In this document: positions 47,867 to 57,452 of the stretch, piece by piece
How positions within the stretch are numbered: position 1 is the stretch's first letter
Layout of the letters: every line of letters begins with the position of its first letter
Assembly (NCBI GenBank): GCA_964640655.1
Contig: CAZXFT010000005.1
Location: 99,929-163,928, forward strand
DNA: 64,000 nt
Reading direction: 5' to 3'
Origin: an uncultured Bifidobacteriaceae bacterium
Lineage (GTDB): Bacteria > Bacteroidota > Bacteroidia > Chitinophagales > UBA10324
Translations under genes and position numbers: made by a program
Notes under the pieces: generated by a model
The model's input: the letters and a program-made list of their open reading frames with translations, nothing else
What the model was told of the DNA's origin: nothing
The model's database searches: none

Positions 47867-48944
47867 CAACCACCTTATCGTCGAAGTAAAATTTATACGC
47901 GTTAAACCCGATCTTCACTTTTAATACATCAAAGTCTAACTCAACAAGTTCGATGTTATCGTTGGCTACTTCCACAGTTTTGTTTTTGGTGACAAATTGA
48001 ACACGATTCAGGTTATCGATGTAAGCAATTGAGTTAGGTCCTAGTTTAATACCACTTGGCGTAAAGTTTTCGAGACGGCGTTGCTTGCCCATATAAAAAA
48101 TGTTAAGGCCATTTGTGGCATCAGAGAAAGCCAGCATGTTATCACGAGACTCTAAATATGTGGGTGTAAAAAATGCAATATCAAATATCTCACCATCATA
48201 AAATATCTTAAACTGATTGGTATTATCAACAAACGCTACAATGTCGTTGGCTACTACAAACTTCTTTGGAGGGAAAGGTGACACTTCATACACATCACCT
48301 TTATGAAATATTTTGAAGTTATTGGTGAAATCAACATAAGCAACTGTGTTTACGGCAGCTTTAAATTGTTGCGCCTTGGTACTCTCTAGATCAATCAACT
48401 CACCTCGATAGATTACCCGAAAATTATTGAAAGTATTGTTGTAAGCAATCACATTACCTCCGGCTACCATAGTCACCACAGGGTCAAACCCTATTCCTTC
48501 TTCCATTTTCTTCACTTCCCCGTTCCAGTAGTAATTATAGAGGTAGCGTTGCTGATCATAAAATGCAAGAATACTGTCTCCATAGATATACTTTTCGCAC
48601 ACCGGTGCTAGTTGCTTGAAATTTCCTCTGTCATATACAAACAACATGCGGTTCGGACTTATAGCCATAATATTGCGAGTGAGAAAATAATCGCTTATAA
48701 AGCCTTCAGCTAATTTTATAGTTTCTCCATTTTCATAAACGTAAAAGTTTTGGTTGTTGTCGAGATATGCAAACAATGAAGCTCCAGCTTTATATGATTG
48801 GGGGAAATAGAAGTCAATTTGTTTAAGCGACTCACCATCTAATAAAAAAAACAGCCCTATATCATTCACATATGCTGAGTATGGTTGTGCTTCGGCACGA
48901 AACGACAACAATAACATAAGCAGTAACAAATATTTTTTTATCAT
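47856..48944 (-). CDS. Secreted protein built from ~8 tandem ~35-aa repeats, unknown function
   Basis: Signal peptide ending AEAQ. A recurring unit [IV]A[FY].D..N.F.[IV]F..G... appears (e.g. VAYVDFTNNFKIFHKGDVYEV and VAFVDNTNQFKIFYDGEIFDI). Confidence 0.5.
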   Translation of the reverse strand: MIKKYLLLLMLLLSFRAEAQPYSAYVNDIGLFFLLDGESLKQIDFYFPQSYKAGASLFAYLDNNQNFYVYENGETIKLAEGFISDYFLTRNIMAISPNRMLFVYDRGNFKQLAPVCEKYIYGDSILAFYDQQRYLYNYYWNGEVKKMEEGIGFDPVVTMVAGGNVIAYNNTFNNFRVIYRGELIDLESTKAQQFKAAVNTVAYVDFTNNFKIFHKGDVYEVSPFPPKKFVVANDIVAFVDNTNQFKIFYDGEIFDIAFFTPTYLESRDNMLAFSDATNGLNIFYMGKQRRLENFTPSGIKLGPNSIAYIDNLNRVQFVTKNKTVEVANDNIELVELDFDVLKVKIGFNAYKFYFDDKVVVTP

Positions 48945-49945
48945 ACAGTCATTTTATCAGGCACTAAATAATAATATTCTATCATTTCTGCAAATACGGC
49001 ATCCACACCTTGAAGTGTGTCTGTAGTAACTAAACGCTCTCGGAAAGGTTTCACGTGATGATATCCATGAAAATAATTGGCATAATGGCGACGCATTTCG
49101 AGTATGCCAAGTCGATCACCTTTCCATTCCATACTTTTTACCAAATGCAATCTGCAAACAGCTATTCTTTCTTCTAATGTAGGTGGTGCCATATGTTCCC
49201 CGGTTTTGAGATAATGTTTTACCTGATTAAAAAACCATGGGTTGCCAATCGCAGCGCGACCAATCATAACACCATCAACACCATATTGCTCTCGCACCAG
49301 TTTAGCTTTTTCCGGTGTGTCCACATCACCATTCAGAAATACGGGAATCTTCATACGCGGATTGCTTTTTACTGCACCAATCAAGGTCCAGTCGGCAATG
49401 CCTTTATACATCTGCACGCGGGTACGACCATGTATTGTAAGAGCAGCTATACCAATATCCTGTAATCTTTCAGCAACTTCAACAATGTTCTTGGAACTGT
49501 CGTCCCAGCCAAGTCGTGTTTTGATAGTAACCGGCAGCTTCGATTTTTTTACAATCTCAGCAGTCATTTTGACCATCTTGGGTACATCTTTTAAAATACC
49601 TGCACCTGCACCACGACAAGCTACTTTTTTAACAGGGCAACCAAAGTTAATGTCGATCAAATCAGGTTTTGCTTCTTCTATAATTTCTACACAGCCCACC
49701 ATAGTATCTATCTCACCACCAAAAAACTGAATGCCAACAGGGCGTTCCTCATCATAAATATCGAGCTTCATTACACTTTTAGTTGCATGCCTGATCAGAC
49801 CTTCGCTCGAAATAAATTCTGTATACATCATATCGGCTCCCTGCTGCTTACATACCACACGAAACGGAGGATCAGAAACATCCTCCATTGGTGCCAAAAG
49901 CAGCGGATATTCTCCTAAATCTATATTACCGATTATTACTGTCAT
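48941..49945 (-). CDS. dusB: tRNA-dihydrouridine synthase
   Basis: Contains LAPMEDVSDPPFR, DINFGCP and TIHGRTR motifs of the Dus family. Confidence 0.9.
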   Translation of the reverse strand: MTVIIGNIDLGEYPLLLAPMEDVSDPPFRVVCKQQGADMMYTEFISSEGLIRHATKSVMKLDIYDEERPVGIQFFGGEIDTMVGCVEIIEEAKPDLIDINFGCPVKKVACRGAGAGILKDVPKMVKMTAEIVKKSKLPVTIKTRLGWDDSSKNIVEVAERLQDIGIAALTIHGRTRVQMYKGIADWTLIGAVKSNPRMKIPVFLNGDVDTPEKAKLVREQYGVDGVMIGRAAIGNPWFFNQVKHYLKTGEHMAPPTLEERIAVCRLHLVKSMEWKGDRLGILEMRRHYANYFHGYHHVKPFRERLVTTDTLQGVDAVFAEMIEYYYLVPDKMTV

Positions 49946-49982
49946 TTATATGTAATCAAGGCTCAAAAGACCTTGTTTGCTG

Positions 49983-50972
49983 ATGTTTCCAAAAGTACGA
50001 CTTTTACCGTGCATGACTTCTTCCCGCAGTATAGTAGCTCGATGGCCTTTTGTATTACAACTCCTGTTTCTCATCGTCATTATGTTATCATTCAGTTCGG
50101 TGTTTACCTTGCTGGCTATGGCATTAATCAAGCCAATGTATGGCGTGCTGGGTGCTGATGTACTTATTGCACAGGCAGCCTCCAATGCCGAGGAACTCAT
50201 GAAGGAGCCCAATAAGGTGAACGCATTGAAATTCATTCAACTCTTTACTACTATAGGCACTTTTCTTTTTCCGGCTTTCATCTTTTCTTTTATTGCCGAC
50301 CCTTTGGATGATTTTTTAAAATTGAAAAAAAGTGCCGGCTTTATCTTTTATCTGATTGGTACTGCAACTATAATTGTGTCGGCACCTATGATAGGCATGT
50401 TCTACGAATGGAATCAATTAATTCAATTGCCCGCAGAACTCATGAAACAGGTAACACAAGCCGAGGAACAAGCCGCATCATTAACACAACTGTTTTTGCA
50501 TATGCCTTTCGTATCCGATTTAGTATTTAATATTTTACTTATCGGGTTATTACCGGCAATAGCTGAGGAATTTTTATTCCGCGGTGTTCTACAACGCCTA
50601 TTGCACGACCGAATAAACAATATGCATATTGCTGTTTGGCTGGCAGCTGCCATTTTCAGTTTGGTACATTTTCAGTTTTTGGGATTTATACCAAGAATGT
50701 TGTTAGGCGGCATTTTAGGTTATGCCTTTTATGCAAGTGGCTCCATCTGGGTCCCGGTAGTGGCGCACGCTTTCAATAATACTGCCCAGGTTATTATGGC
50801 TTATTTGTTCCAGCACAGAATAATTAATTACAATATAGAAAACAACGACCACACACCCTTGTACTTAGGCCTCTTGTCCTTATTAAGTTGTGTGTTTATT
50901 ATTGTGCTGATGTTGCGTAAAAAGAAACTGCAACACACAACATCATTACCTACCGATACTAACTCTGTTTGA
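49983..50972 (+). CDS. CPBP family intramembrane glutamic endopeptidase (CAAX protease-like)
   Basis: Contains AIAEEFLFRGVL (the EExxxR motif), FSLVH and HAFNN motifs. The start is uncertain (49977 TTG or 49983 ATG). Confidence 0.75.
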   Translation: MFPKVRLLPCMTSSRSIVARWPFVLQLLFLIVIMLSFSSVFTLLAMALIKPMYGVLGADVLIAQAASNAEELMKEPNKVNALKFIQLFTTIGTFLFPAFIFSFIADPLDDFLKLKKSAGFIFYLIGTATIIVSAPMIGMFYEWNQLIQLPAELMKQVTQAEEQAASLTQLFLHMPFVSDLVFNILLIGLLPAIAEEFLFRGVLQRLLHDRINNMHIAVWLAAAIFSLVHFQFLGFIPRMLLGGILGYAFYASGSIWVPVVAHAFNNTAQVIMAYLFQHRIINYNIENNDHTPLYLGLLSLLSCVFIIVLMLRKKKLQHTTSLPTDTNSV

Positions 50973-51823
50973 TGAACACATTTGTAAAACGTACATTGAC
51001 GGCTGCTGTTTTTGCAGTAGTGATGCTGGGTGGCATGCTTTGGAGCTATGAAACTTTCACACTTCTTTTCTTCGTCATTAATGCCGGTGCGGCCTGGGAG
51101 TACGATAGACTTATTGGTCGTTTTAGAATTTACAACCGCATAGGGGTACTTGCTTACCGATGGATGTTCACTTTGCTATCGAGCCTGATGTATATTTCCT
51201 TTTACCTCACTGTAGTAACAGGTACTATCATCTGGGTTGCGGCATTGCCTGCTTGTTTTTTTATATTCATAGCCATAGAGCTATACTCCATTACCGAACG
51301 AGGCATTCAAAACATTGCTCTGAATATTTTTGGTGTTCTATATATTGCGTTGCCAATTGGCCTGCTCCATTTTATAGTTGATGTGCAGCAGTCTGTTACC
51401 GATCAATGGTTTCCGGGGCAAGTCAATATCATCTTGTCATTATTGTTGTTGATTTGGGCAAACGACACTTTTGCTTATTTAGGTGGGTCTTTGATGGGCA
51501 AACACAAACTCTTTCCTACACATTCTCCCAAAAAATCGTGGGAAGGTTTTTTTATCGGAATGGCAGGCGCAATCTTGAGTGCGTATTTCATTCATCTGTG
51601 GTTATTGAACGATCATGATTTGATATTGCCCTTAATTATGGCAGTGATTGCAGCTGTTATAGGTACTGCCGGCGATTTATTTGAATCTATGATTAAACGC
51701 AATGCTGATGTTAAAGACAGTGGTAGTATTATGCCCGGGCACGGTGGCTTTTTAGATCGCTTTGACGCCTTTCTTTTTGCAATTCCTTTCGTCTTTATTT
51801 TATTGTTAATTATTAATTATTAA
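50969..51823 (+). CDS. cdsA: Phosphatidate cytidylyltransferase
   Basis: Contains the C-terminal signature SMIKRNADVKDSGSIMPGHGGFLDRFD. Confidence 0.9.
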   Translation: MMNTFVKRTLTAAVFAVVMLGGMLWSYETFTLLFFVINAGAAWEYDRLIGRFRIYNRIGVLAYRWMFTLLSSLMYISFYLTVVTGTIIWVAALPACFFIFIAIELYSITERGIQNIALNIFGVLYIALPIGLLHFIVDVQQSVTDQWFPGQVNIILSLLLLIWANDTFAYLGGSLMGKHKLFPTHSPKKSWEGFFIGMAGAILSAYFIHLWLLNDHDLILPLIMAVIAAVIGTAGDLFESMIKRNADVKDSGSIMPGHGGFLDRFDAFLFAIPFVFILLLIINY

Positions 51824-51857
51824 CCTTGCAGCACATACGGCATTAATCCCGGAAACA

Positions 51858-51865
51858 TACATTTG
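51858..51865 (+). promoter_or_regulatory. -7 promoter box TACATTTG for psd
   Basis: Exact TAnnTTTG match 14 nt upstream of ATG 51880. Confidence 0.45.
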
Positions 51866-51879
51866 CCAACAATCTGATT

Positions 51880-52533
51880 ATGACAATACACAAAGAAGGT
51901 TTCGCTACACTAATCATTATCGGTTTTTTGGTTGTTGTTGCCAATGCGTTAGCTTATGAATTTCTGCCACAAATTTTGTTTTACTTCATTTTAGTTTTGA
52001 GCATCGGGTTCTATTTTTTCCTGTTGTCGTTTTTCAGAAATCCAAAACGCACTTTTGTTCTTGAAGAAAATGCAATCATAGCTCCTGCTGATGGCAAGGT
52101 GGTGGTGATAGAAAAAACTTTTGAGCATGAATACCTGAAAGATGAGCGCATTCAGGTTTCCATATTTATGTCACCACTGAATGTACACATCAACCGCAAC
52201 CCGGTGAGTGGTATAGTGAAGTATGTAAAATACCATCACGGATTATATCTTGTGGCTTGGCATCCAAAATCATCTACTGAAAACGAACGCAACACAGTGG
52301 TTTACGAAACCGCCAAAGATCTGATTCTTATTCGACAGATTGCCGGTAAGCTTGCGCGAAAAATTTCTTGTTACCTCTCTCCTAATAAAGTTGTTCGTCA
52401 AAATGATGAAATGGGCTTTATCAAGTTTGGCTCGCGCGTGGATATTTTTCTTCCTCTCGATGCTAAAATAGAAGTGAATATGAATCAGGTGGTTCAAGGC
52501 GGTCAAACGGTTATTGCGCGTTTAGTCAGATAG
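51880..52533 (+). CDS. psd: Phosphatidylserine decarboxylase (short archaeal/Bacteroidota type)
   Basis: N-terminal TM helices and the self-cleavage region GFIKFGSRVDIFLP (GS site). Confidence 0.85.
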   Translation: MTIHKEGFATLIIIGFLVVVANALAYEFLPQILFYFILVLSIGFYFFLLSFFRNPKRTFVLEENAIIAPADGKVVVIEKTFEHEYLKDERIQVSIFMSPLNVHINRNPVSGIVKYVKYHHGLYLVAWHPKSSTENERNTVVYETAKDLILIRQIAGKLARKISCYLSPNKVVRQNDEMGFIKFGSRVDIFLPLDAKIEVNMNQVVQGGQTVIARLVR

Positions 52534-52601
52534 AAATTGTTCTTGTGGGAACTATGATCAGTTCAATGTAGTCTCTACACTTAGTTTCGGTATCCATTCT
52601 T

Positions 52602-52609
52602 TAATTTTG
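52602..52609 (+). promoter_or_regulatory. -7 promoter box TAATTTTG for the WbqC-led operon
   Basis: Exact TAnnTTTG match 27 nt upstream of ATG 52637. Confidence 0.5.
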
Positions 52610-52636
52610 TACAAAGTGTGAACATCAGTATTATTA

Positions 52637-53338
52637 ATGTCAGAAAATAAAGTAATTATCACCCAGTCTAATTATATACCTTGGAAAGGGTATTTTGATA
52701 ATATTCAGCAGGCAGACATATTTGTAGTATATGATGATATGCAATACACAAGGAGGGATTGGCGAAACAGAAACTACATTAAGACTCCACAAGGATTAAA
52801 ATGGATAACAATACCGGTTAAGGTGAGTGGCAAATACTATCAAAAGATTAATGAGACAGTTATTTCAGATCAAAATTGGGTTAATGATCATTTGAATCAG
52901 TTAAGACAAAACTATAATAAGTCTGCATGCTATAATGAAACAATTTCTTGGATAGAAAATCTTTATCACGAGGTATTAAAGAAAGAATACCTCACAGATA
53001 TAAATACTTACTTACTTCAGGAAATTTGCAGGTTTTTAAATATTAAAACAAGGATAATTGATAGTAGACAATTTATAATGCAAACAGACAAAACTGATCG
53101 ATTGGTAGAAATATGTAAGTCGTTAAATGCAACCGAATACCTTACGGGGCCAGCAGCTAAAAGCTATATGGATGAAAGCAAGTTTGAAAAAGAAAATATT
53201 AAACTCACCTACTTTAACTATGAAGGCTACCCTGAATACCCACAGTTATATCCTCCATTTGAACACGGAGTTACAATCTTAGATGTAATTTTTAATTGTG
53301 GCACAAGTAGTCGTAACTATATAAATAGAATCAAATGA
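52637..53338 (+). CDS. WbqC family protein (function unassigned)
   Basis: The N-terminus ITQSNYIPWKGYFDNIQQADIFVVYDDMQYTRRDWRNRNYIK matches the WbqC-like family pattern. Confidence 0.75.
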   Translation: MSENKVIITQSNYIPWKGYFDNIQQADIFVVYDDMQYTRRDWRNRNYIKTPQGLKWITIPVKVSGKYYQKINETVISDQNWVNDHLNQLRQNYNKSACYNETISWIENLYHEVLKKEYLTDINTYLLQEICRFLNIKTRIIDSRQFIMQTDKTDRLVEICKSLNATEYLTGPAAKSYMDESKFEKENIKLTYFNYEGYPEYPQLYPPFEHGVTILDVIFNCGTSSRNYINRIK

Positions 53339-54105
53339 TTGTATTACCTCCTGGCAATATCCTTCAATATTTGTACATTAAAGAACGAGTACAAAAAAAC
53401 AAACCAAAGAATTTTCTCGAGATAGGTTCCGGAAACGGATATATAAGTAACTTCTTACTAAAATCAGGAATTACTGGTCTTGGATATGATTTAAACGCGT
53501 CAGCATGCGATAACAATCGCATGCTGAATAAAGAATATATTAATTCTGGTTATTACACTGTTTTCAATGATGATTTCTTAAATTTAAATACTAACACAAA
53601 ATACGATCTGATTATTAGTTCAATGGTTATTGAGCATTTACGCGATGATGTTCTTAAAAAACTCATCACGAAATGCATAGACCTGTTAAGCGACAACGGA
53701 ACAATTACATTTCTGGTTCCAGCCTCAATGAAACATTGGGGTATTGAAGATGAAATAGCAGGGCATATAAAACGCTATGAAAGAGGAGATTTAATTGAGC
53801 TTAGTAAAATGTTCAATCTTAGAATAAACAAACTCACAGGCTTGAATTTCCCAATCAGTAATTGGTTATTTCACATTTCTAATTACTTGGTTAAGAAATC
53901 AGAGTCATCTAAATTATCTCTTTCCCAGAAAGAAAAGACTGTATATACAGGCAACCGAAATGTTTCATATAAAACCACATTCCCGATATTTTTTGGCATA
54001 ATACTCAATGAAATTGTGATGTACCCTTTTCACATAATTCAAAAAATATTTTCCACCAATAAAAATTGCCTTATTTTATATTGTGAATTAAAATTCAACA
54101 AATGA
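53335..54105 (+). CDS. Class I SAM-dependent methyltransferase
   Basis: Motif I reads LEIGSGNGYIS. The post-I acidic residue and motif II read LIISSMVIEHL. The start overlaps the WbqC stop by 4 nt. Confidence 0.7.
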   Translation: MIVLPPGNILQYLYIKERVQKNKPKNFLEIGSGNGYISNFLLKSGITGLGYDLNASACDNNRMLNKEYINSGYYTVFNDDFLNLNTNTKYDLIISSMVIEHLRDDVLKKLITKCIDLLSDNGTITFLVPASMKHWGIEDEIAGHIKRYERGDLIELSKMFNLRINKLTGLNFPISNWLFHISNYLVKKSESSKLSLSQKEKTVYTGNRNVSYKTTFPIFFGIILNEIVMYPFHIIQKIFSTNKNCLILYCELKFNK

Positions 54106-54914
54106 AAAACTACGGAATAACAAAAAAGAACGAAGATCTAAGCAATATAGATTATCACATTGAGAATATTAGAATTAAAGGATATACAGTAGAAGAGAAT
54201 GTTATAGACGTAGAATCCTGTCAATTGTTTGCTAGTAGATTGGAAGATATTTATTTAAAACAAGAAGCTGAATTTGGCAGAGAAAATCTAGATAGTATAA
54301 ACGAATTAGATATTGCAAGAAGTCCATTTGTATATGATAAAAGCTTCTGCAAGCTATTCATGCTTCCTTTGGTTTTAGAATTAACTTCAAAGATTATTGG
54401 TAATAATTTCCATCTTCATCTTCAAAACGGGATTATCAATAGACCTCAAAAAGAGCATCATCAAACTTCGTGGCACAGAGATTTACCCTATCAGGATTGG
54501 ACAATAAGCAAACCACTGGCATTTAATGCCTTTTTTTGTTTATCTGATTTCAATACTCGAAATGGCGCAACTTTCGTGTTGCCATTTTCACAAAATATAG
54601 ATTTCTTCCCCAGTGAAAAATATGTTAAAGAAAATGAAACACAGCTAGTAGCTAAAAAAGGTTCTGTAATTTTTTTCAATAGCATGTTATATCATCGAGC
54701 TGGCATTAACATTTCAAATGATACGAGATATGGGCTAAACAATGTGTTTGTGGTACCAATCCTCAAACAACAAATCATATTCAGCAATTGCATCAATAAA
54801 GACGATTTTTCTCAAGAAGAAATTAAAATTATTGGAAGCAGATTTGATGTCCCTTCAAGTGTCATTGAATTCAGAAGGAATAGAATCAGTAAAAAAAGAA
54901 ATGACAATAAATAA
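54102..54914 (+). CDS. Phytanoyl-CoA dioxygenase (PhyH) family Fe(II)/2-oxoglutarate oxygenase
   Basis: HxD iron ligand in WHRDLPY, plus the distal His/Arg in LYHRAGIN. 4-nt start/stop overlap with the upstream gene. Confidence 0.65.
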   Translation: MKNYGITKKNEDLSNIDYHIENIRIKGYTVEENVIDVESCQLFASRLEDIYLKQEAEFGRENLDSINELDIARSPFVYDKSFCKLFMLPLVLELTSKIIGNNFHLHLQNGIINRPQKEHHQTSWHRDLPYQDWTISKPLAFNAFFCLSDFNTRNGATFVLPFSQNIDFFPSEKYVKENETQLVAKKGSVIFFNSMLYHRAGINISNDTRYGLNNVFVVPILKQQIIFSNCINKDDFSQEEIKIIGSRFDVPSSVIEFRRNRISKKRNDNK

Positions 54915-54963
54915 ACTTAAAAAATAAATCGGTCTTTCAAATAGCAACAGGCCACATTAAAAA

Positions 54964-55599
54964 ATGGATACTATGAAGAAAGAAATCATTAAACAAGTTG
55001 AAGAATATTATACGAATAAAATAAAACAACACGGGGCAACTCCTCAGGGTGTTGATTGGAACGGAACAGATTCGCAATATTTACGATTTCAACAATTAAT
55101 GAAAATAGTTAATGACGACTCTAATAATGCTTCATTCAGTTTATTAGATTATGGATGTGGCTATGGGGCTATGTTAGATTATTTAATGCCTATTTACGGA
55201 AATAGAATTAAGTTTTCGGGATATGATATTTCAGAAGAGATGATCACGAAAGCTAAATCATTATATGGCAATAAGGCAGAATTTTCTTCCTCCTTGAATT
55301 CTGATTCCACTTTTGATTATATAGTTGCCAGTGGGATTTTTAATGTCAAACAGGACTGCCAAGATTCAGTGTGGCAAGAATATATTCATCAAATTCTTGT
55401 TGACATGAACACGAGATGCTTAAAAGGATTTGCATTTAATATATTAACCTCTTATTCTGATAAGGAGTATATCCGAGATTACTTGTATTATGCCTCTCCT
55501 GAGGATTACTTTTCATACTGCAAAGTGCATTTTTCAAAACGTGTAGCTTTGTTGCACGATTATCCATTATACGAGTTTACGATTCTGGTTAAAAAATAA
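54964..55599 (+). CDS. SAM-dependent methyltransferase
   Basis: Motif I reads LLDYGCGYGAM. Length and pattern fit small-molecule or sugar methyltransferases. Confidence 0.6.
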   Translation: MDTMKKEIIKQVEEYYTNKIKQHGATPQGVDWNGTDSQYLRFQQLMKIVNDDSNNASFSLLDYGCGYGAMLDYLMPIYGNRIKFSGYDISEEMITKAKSLYGNKAEFSSSLNSDSTFDYIVASGIFNVKQDCQDSVWQEYIHQILVDMNTRCLKGFAFNILTSYSDKEYIRDYLYYASPEDYFSYCKVHFSKRVALLHDYPLYEFTILVKK

Positions 55600-55608
55600 T
55601 CACTTCAG

Positions 55609-56274
55609 ATGAATAAAAAACCGCTGGTCATATTTGGCACTGGTGACATTGCACAAATAGCTGCATATTACTTTTCGTTTGACACCGACCGCGAAGTGGC
55701 TGCATTCACAGTTGACAATGCATACAAAACCACCGACACTTTTGAGCAAAAACCAATAGTTGCATTTGAGGAAATCACTTCACAATACCCTCCTGAAAAT
55801 TATGATATGTTTATTGCTCTTAGTTATTCAAAATTGAATAGAATCAGAGAAGCAAAATACCAGTCAGCCAAACAAAAAGGATACACATTGGCTTCATACA
55901 TATCATCAAGATGCAGTTACATGAGCCAATATCCTTCAGGAGATAACTGTTTTATTTTTGAAGATAATACCATTCAACCGTTCGTAAGAATTGGCAATAA
56001 TGTAACACTGTGGAGCGGAAATCACATTGGTCACCATTCGATCATACACGATCACAATTTCATCAGCTCCCATGTGGTTATCTCAGGTCACTGTGAAATT
56101 ATGAGCTATTGTTTCATAGGCGTAAATGCCACACTTCACAACAATGTCATCATTGAAAGAGAAAACCTCATAGGAGCTGGAGCGATCATTACCAAGAACA
56201 CCGAGTATAAGGGTGTTTATTTGCCCCCTGCTTCGGTCAAGATCAAGAAAAACAGCGATGAACTCAACTTTTAA
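55609..56274 (+). CDS. Sugar N-acetyltransferase of the NeuD/PglD/WlbB left-handed beta-helix family
   Basis: N-terminal Rossmann-like LVIFGTGDIAQ. C-terminal hexapeptide repeats read IGNNVTLWSGNHIGHHSIIHDHNFISSHVVISGHCEI..IGVNATL. Confidence 0.75.
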   Translation: MNKKPLVIFGTGDIAQIAAYYFSFDTDREVAAFTVDNAYKTTDTFEQKPIVAFEEITSQYPPENYDMFIALSYSKLNRIREAKYQSAKQKGYTLASYISSRCSYMSQYPSGDNCFIFEDNTIQPFVRIGNNVTLWSGNHIGHHSIIHDHNFISSHVVISGHCEIMSYCFIGVNATLHNNVIIERENLIGAGAIITKNTEYKGVYLPPASVKIKKNSDELNF

Positions 56275-56280
56275 TCTTCT

Positions 56281-57231
56281 ATGCCGGGTCCTGTATTATC
56301 TATAGTAAGTCCTGTTTATAATTCTGAAAGAATAATTGACGAATTAATTAAGCGAATCAGAGAAGAAGCTGTTAAGATTACTCCAAATTATGAGATTATA
56401 CTCGTTGAAGATTGCGGACCCGACAACTCATGGAAAAAGATAATAGAAAACTGTGAGAAGCACCCAGAAGTTATAGGCATCAAACTGAGTCGGAATTTCG
56501 GTCAACATTTTGCAATTACATGTGGTCTGGACCAGGCCAAAGGAGATTATGTAATTGTAATGGATTGCGATTTACAGGATAATCCCAAATATTTTACAGA
56601 TCTGATTTCCAAAGCAGAAAACGGTTATGACATAGTTTTTACTTTAAAAAAAAGCAGAAAACATTCATTTCTTAAGGATCTATTTGCACACTTTTTCAAT
56701 GTAATATTCAATTATTTAATAGAATATGATTTCGCTAAAGGAAATGCTCTCGTAGGTTCATATAGTCTTTTAAGTCGTAAAGCAGTTAATGCCTACCGTC
56801 AATTTGGAGATTATCAACGCCACTATCTTATGGTGCTTCGATGGATTGGTTTCAGACATACATATCTTGTTATCGAGCATGAAAAACGTTACGAAGGAAA
56901 AAGCAGCTATAATTTTTCAAAATTGATTAAACATGCTTTAAATGGAATTACATCAAATTCTGACAAACTCTTAAGAATAAATATCGGAATAGGGCTAACA
57001 CTATCCCTATTATCTTTTCTGGGGATAGCCGTCATTATTGTGATGTATTTTATCAAAGGTCTTTTATCCGGTTGGGCAAGTTTAATAGTTACCATTTTAT
57101 TCTCTACAGGAGTATTACTAACAAGTATTGGAATTCTTGGATTGTACTTAGGAAAAACTTTTGAACAAACCAAGAATCGTCCAAAATATATTATAGATAA
57201 AATAATTAATAAATCAAGTAGTCCAAAGTAG
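56281..57231 (+). CDS. GT2 polyprenyl-phosphate glycosyltransferase (ArnC/GtrB/DPM1-like)
   Basis: Contains SIVSPVYNSE, ILVEDCGPDNS and MDCDLQD (DxD), plus two C-terminal TM helices as in ArnC/GtrB. Confidence 0.8.
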   Translation: MPGPVLSIVSPVYNSERIIDELIKRIREEAVKITPNYEIILVEDCGPDNSWKKIIENCEKHPEVIGIKLSRNFGQHFAITCGLDQAKGDYVIVMDCDLQDNPKYFTDLISKAENGYDIVFTLKKSRKHSFLKDLFAHFFNVIFNYLIEYDFAKGNALVGSYSLLSRKAVNAYRQFGDYQRHYLMVLRWIGFRHTYLVIEHEKRYEGKSSYNFSKLIKHALNGITSNSDKLLRINIGIGLTLSLLSFLGIAVIIVMYFIKGLLSGWASLIVTILFSTGVLLTSIGILGLYLGKTFEQTKNRPKYIIDKIINKSSSPK

Positions 57232-57452
57232 TTAACTATGCTCCAGAAATTTAGCTATTTCTATACCTGCTACTATTTATCAATAAGCTCAAAAGGGCAC
57301 ACACTTATTTACATATCGAACTAATTTAATTGTTTCTTCATTTTCATCATTCGACGGTGATGTTGTTAACTTGAAGTAGCTTTATGATAACAAAACAAAA
57401 ACCTTGTATTTACTACATTTAACATTTCATTCTAAGATCACCTTTAATACTT

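Noticed and set aside
49242-49730. 162-aa ORF antisense to dusB. Similar long antisense ORFs occur at 28532-29038 (in cysN), 27088-27417 (in cysD), 35821-36174 (in the Lrp gene), 45608-45919, 17043-17336 and 59818-60129.
   Set aside because: All lie entirely within, and opposite to, ORFs with strong family motifs. Their translations are low-complexity or Ser/Pro/Arg-rich shadows with no recognisable motifs.
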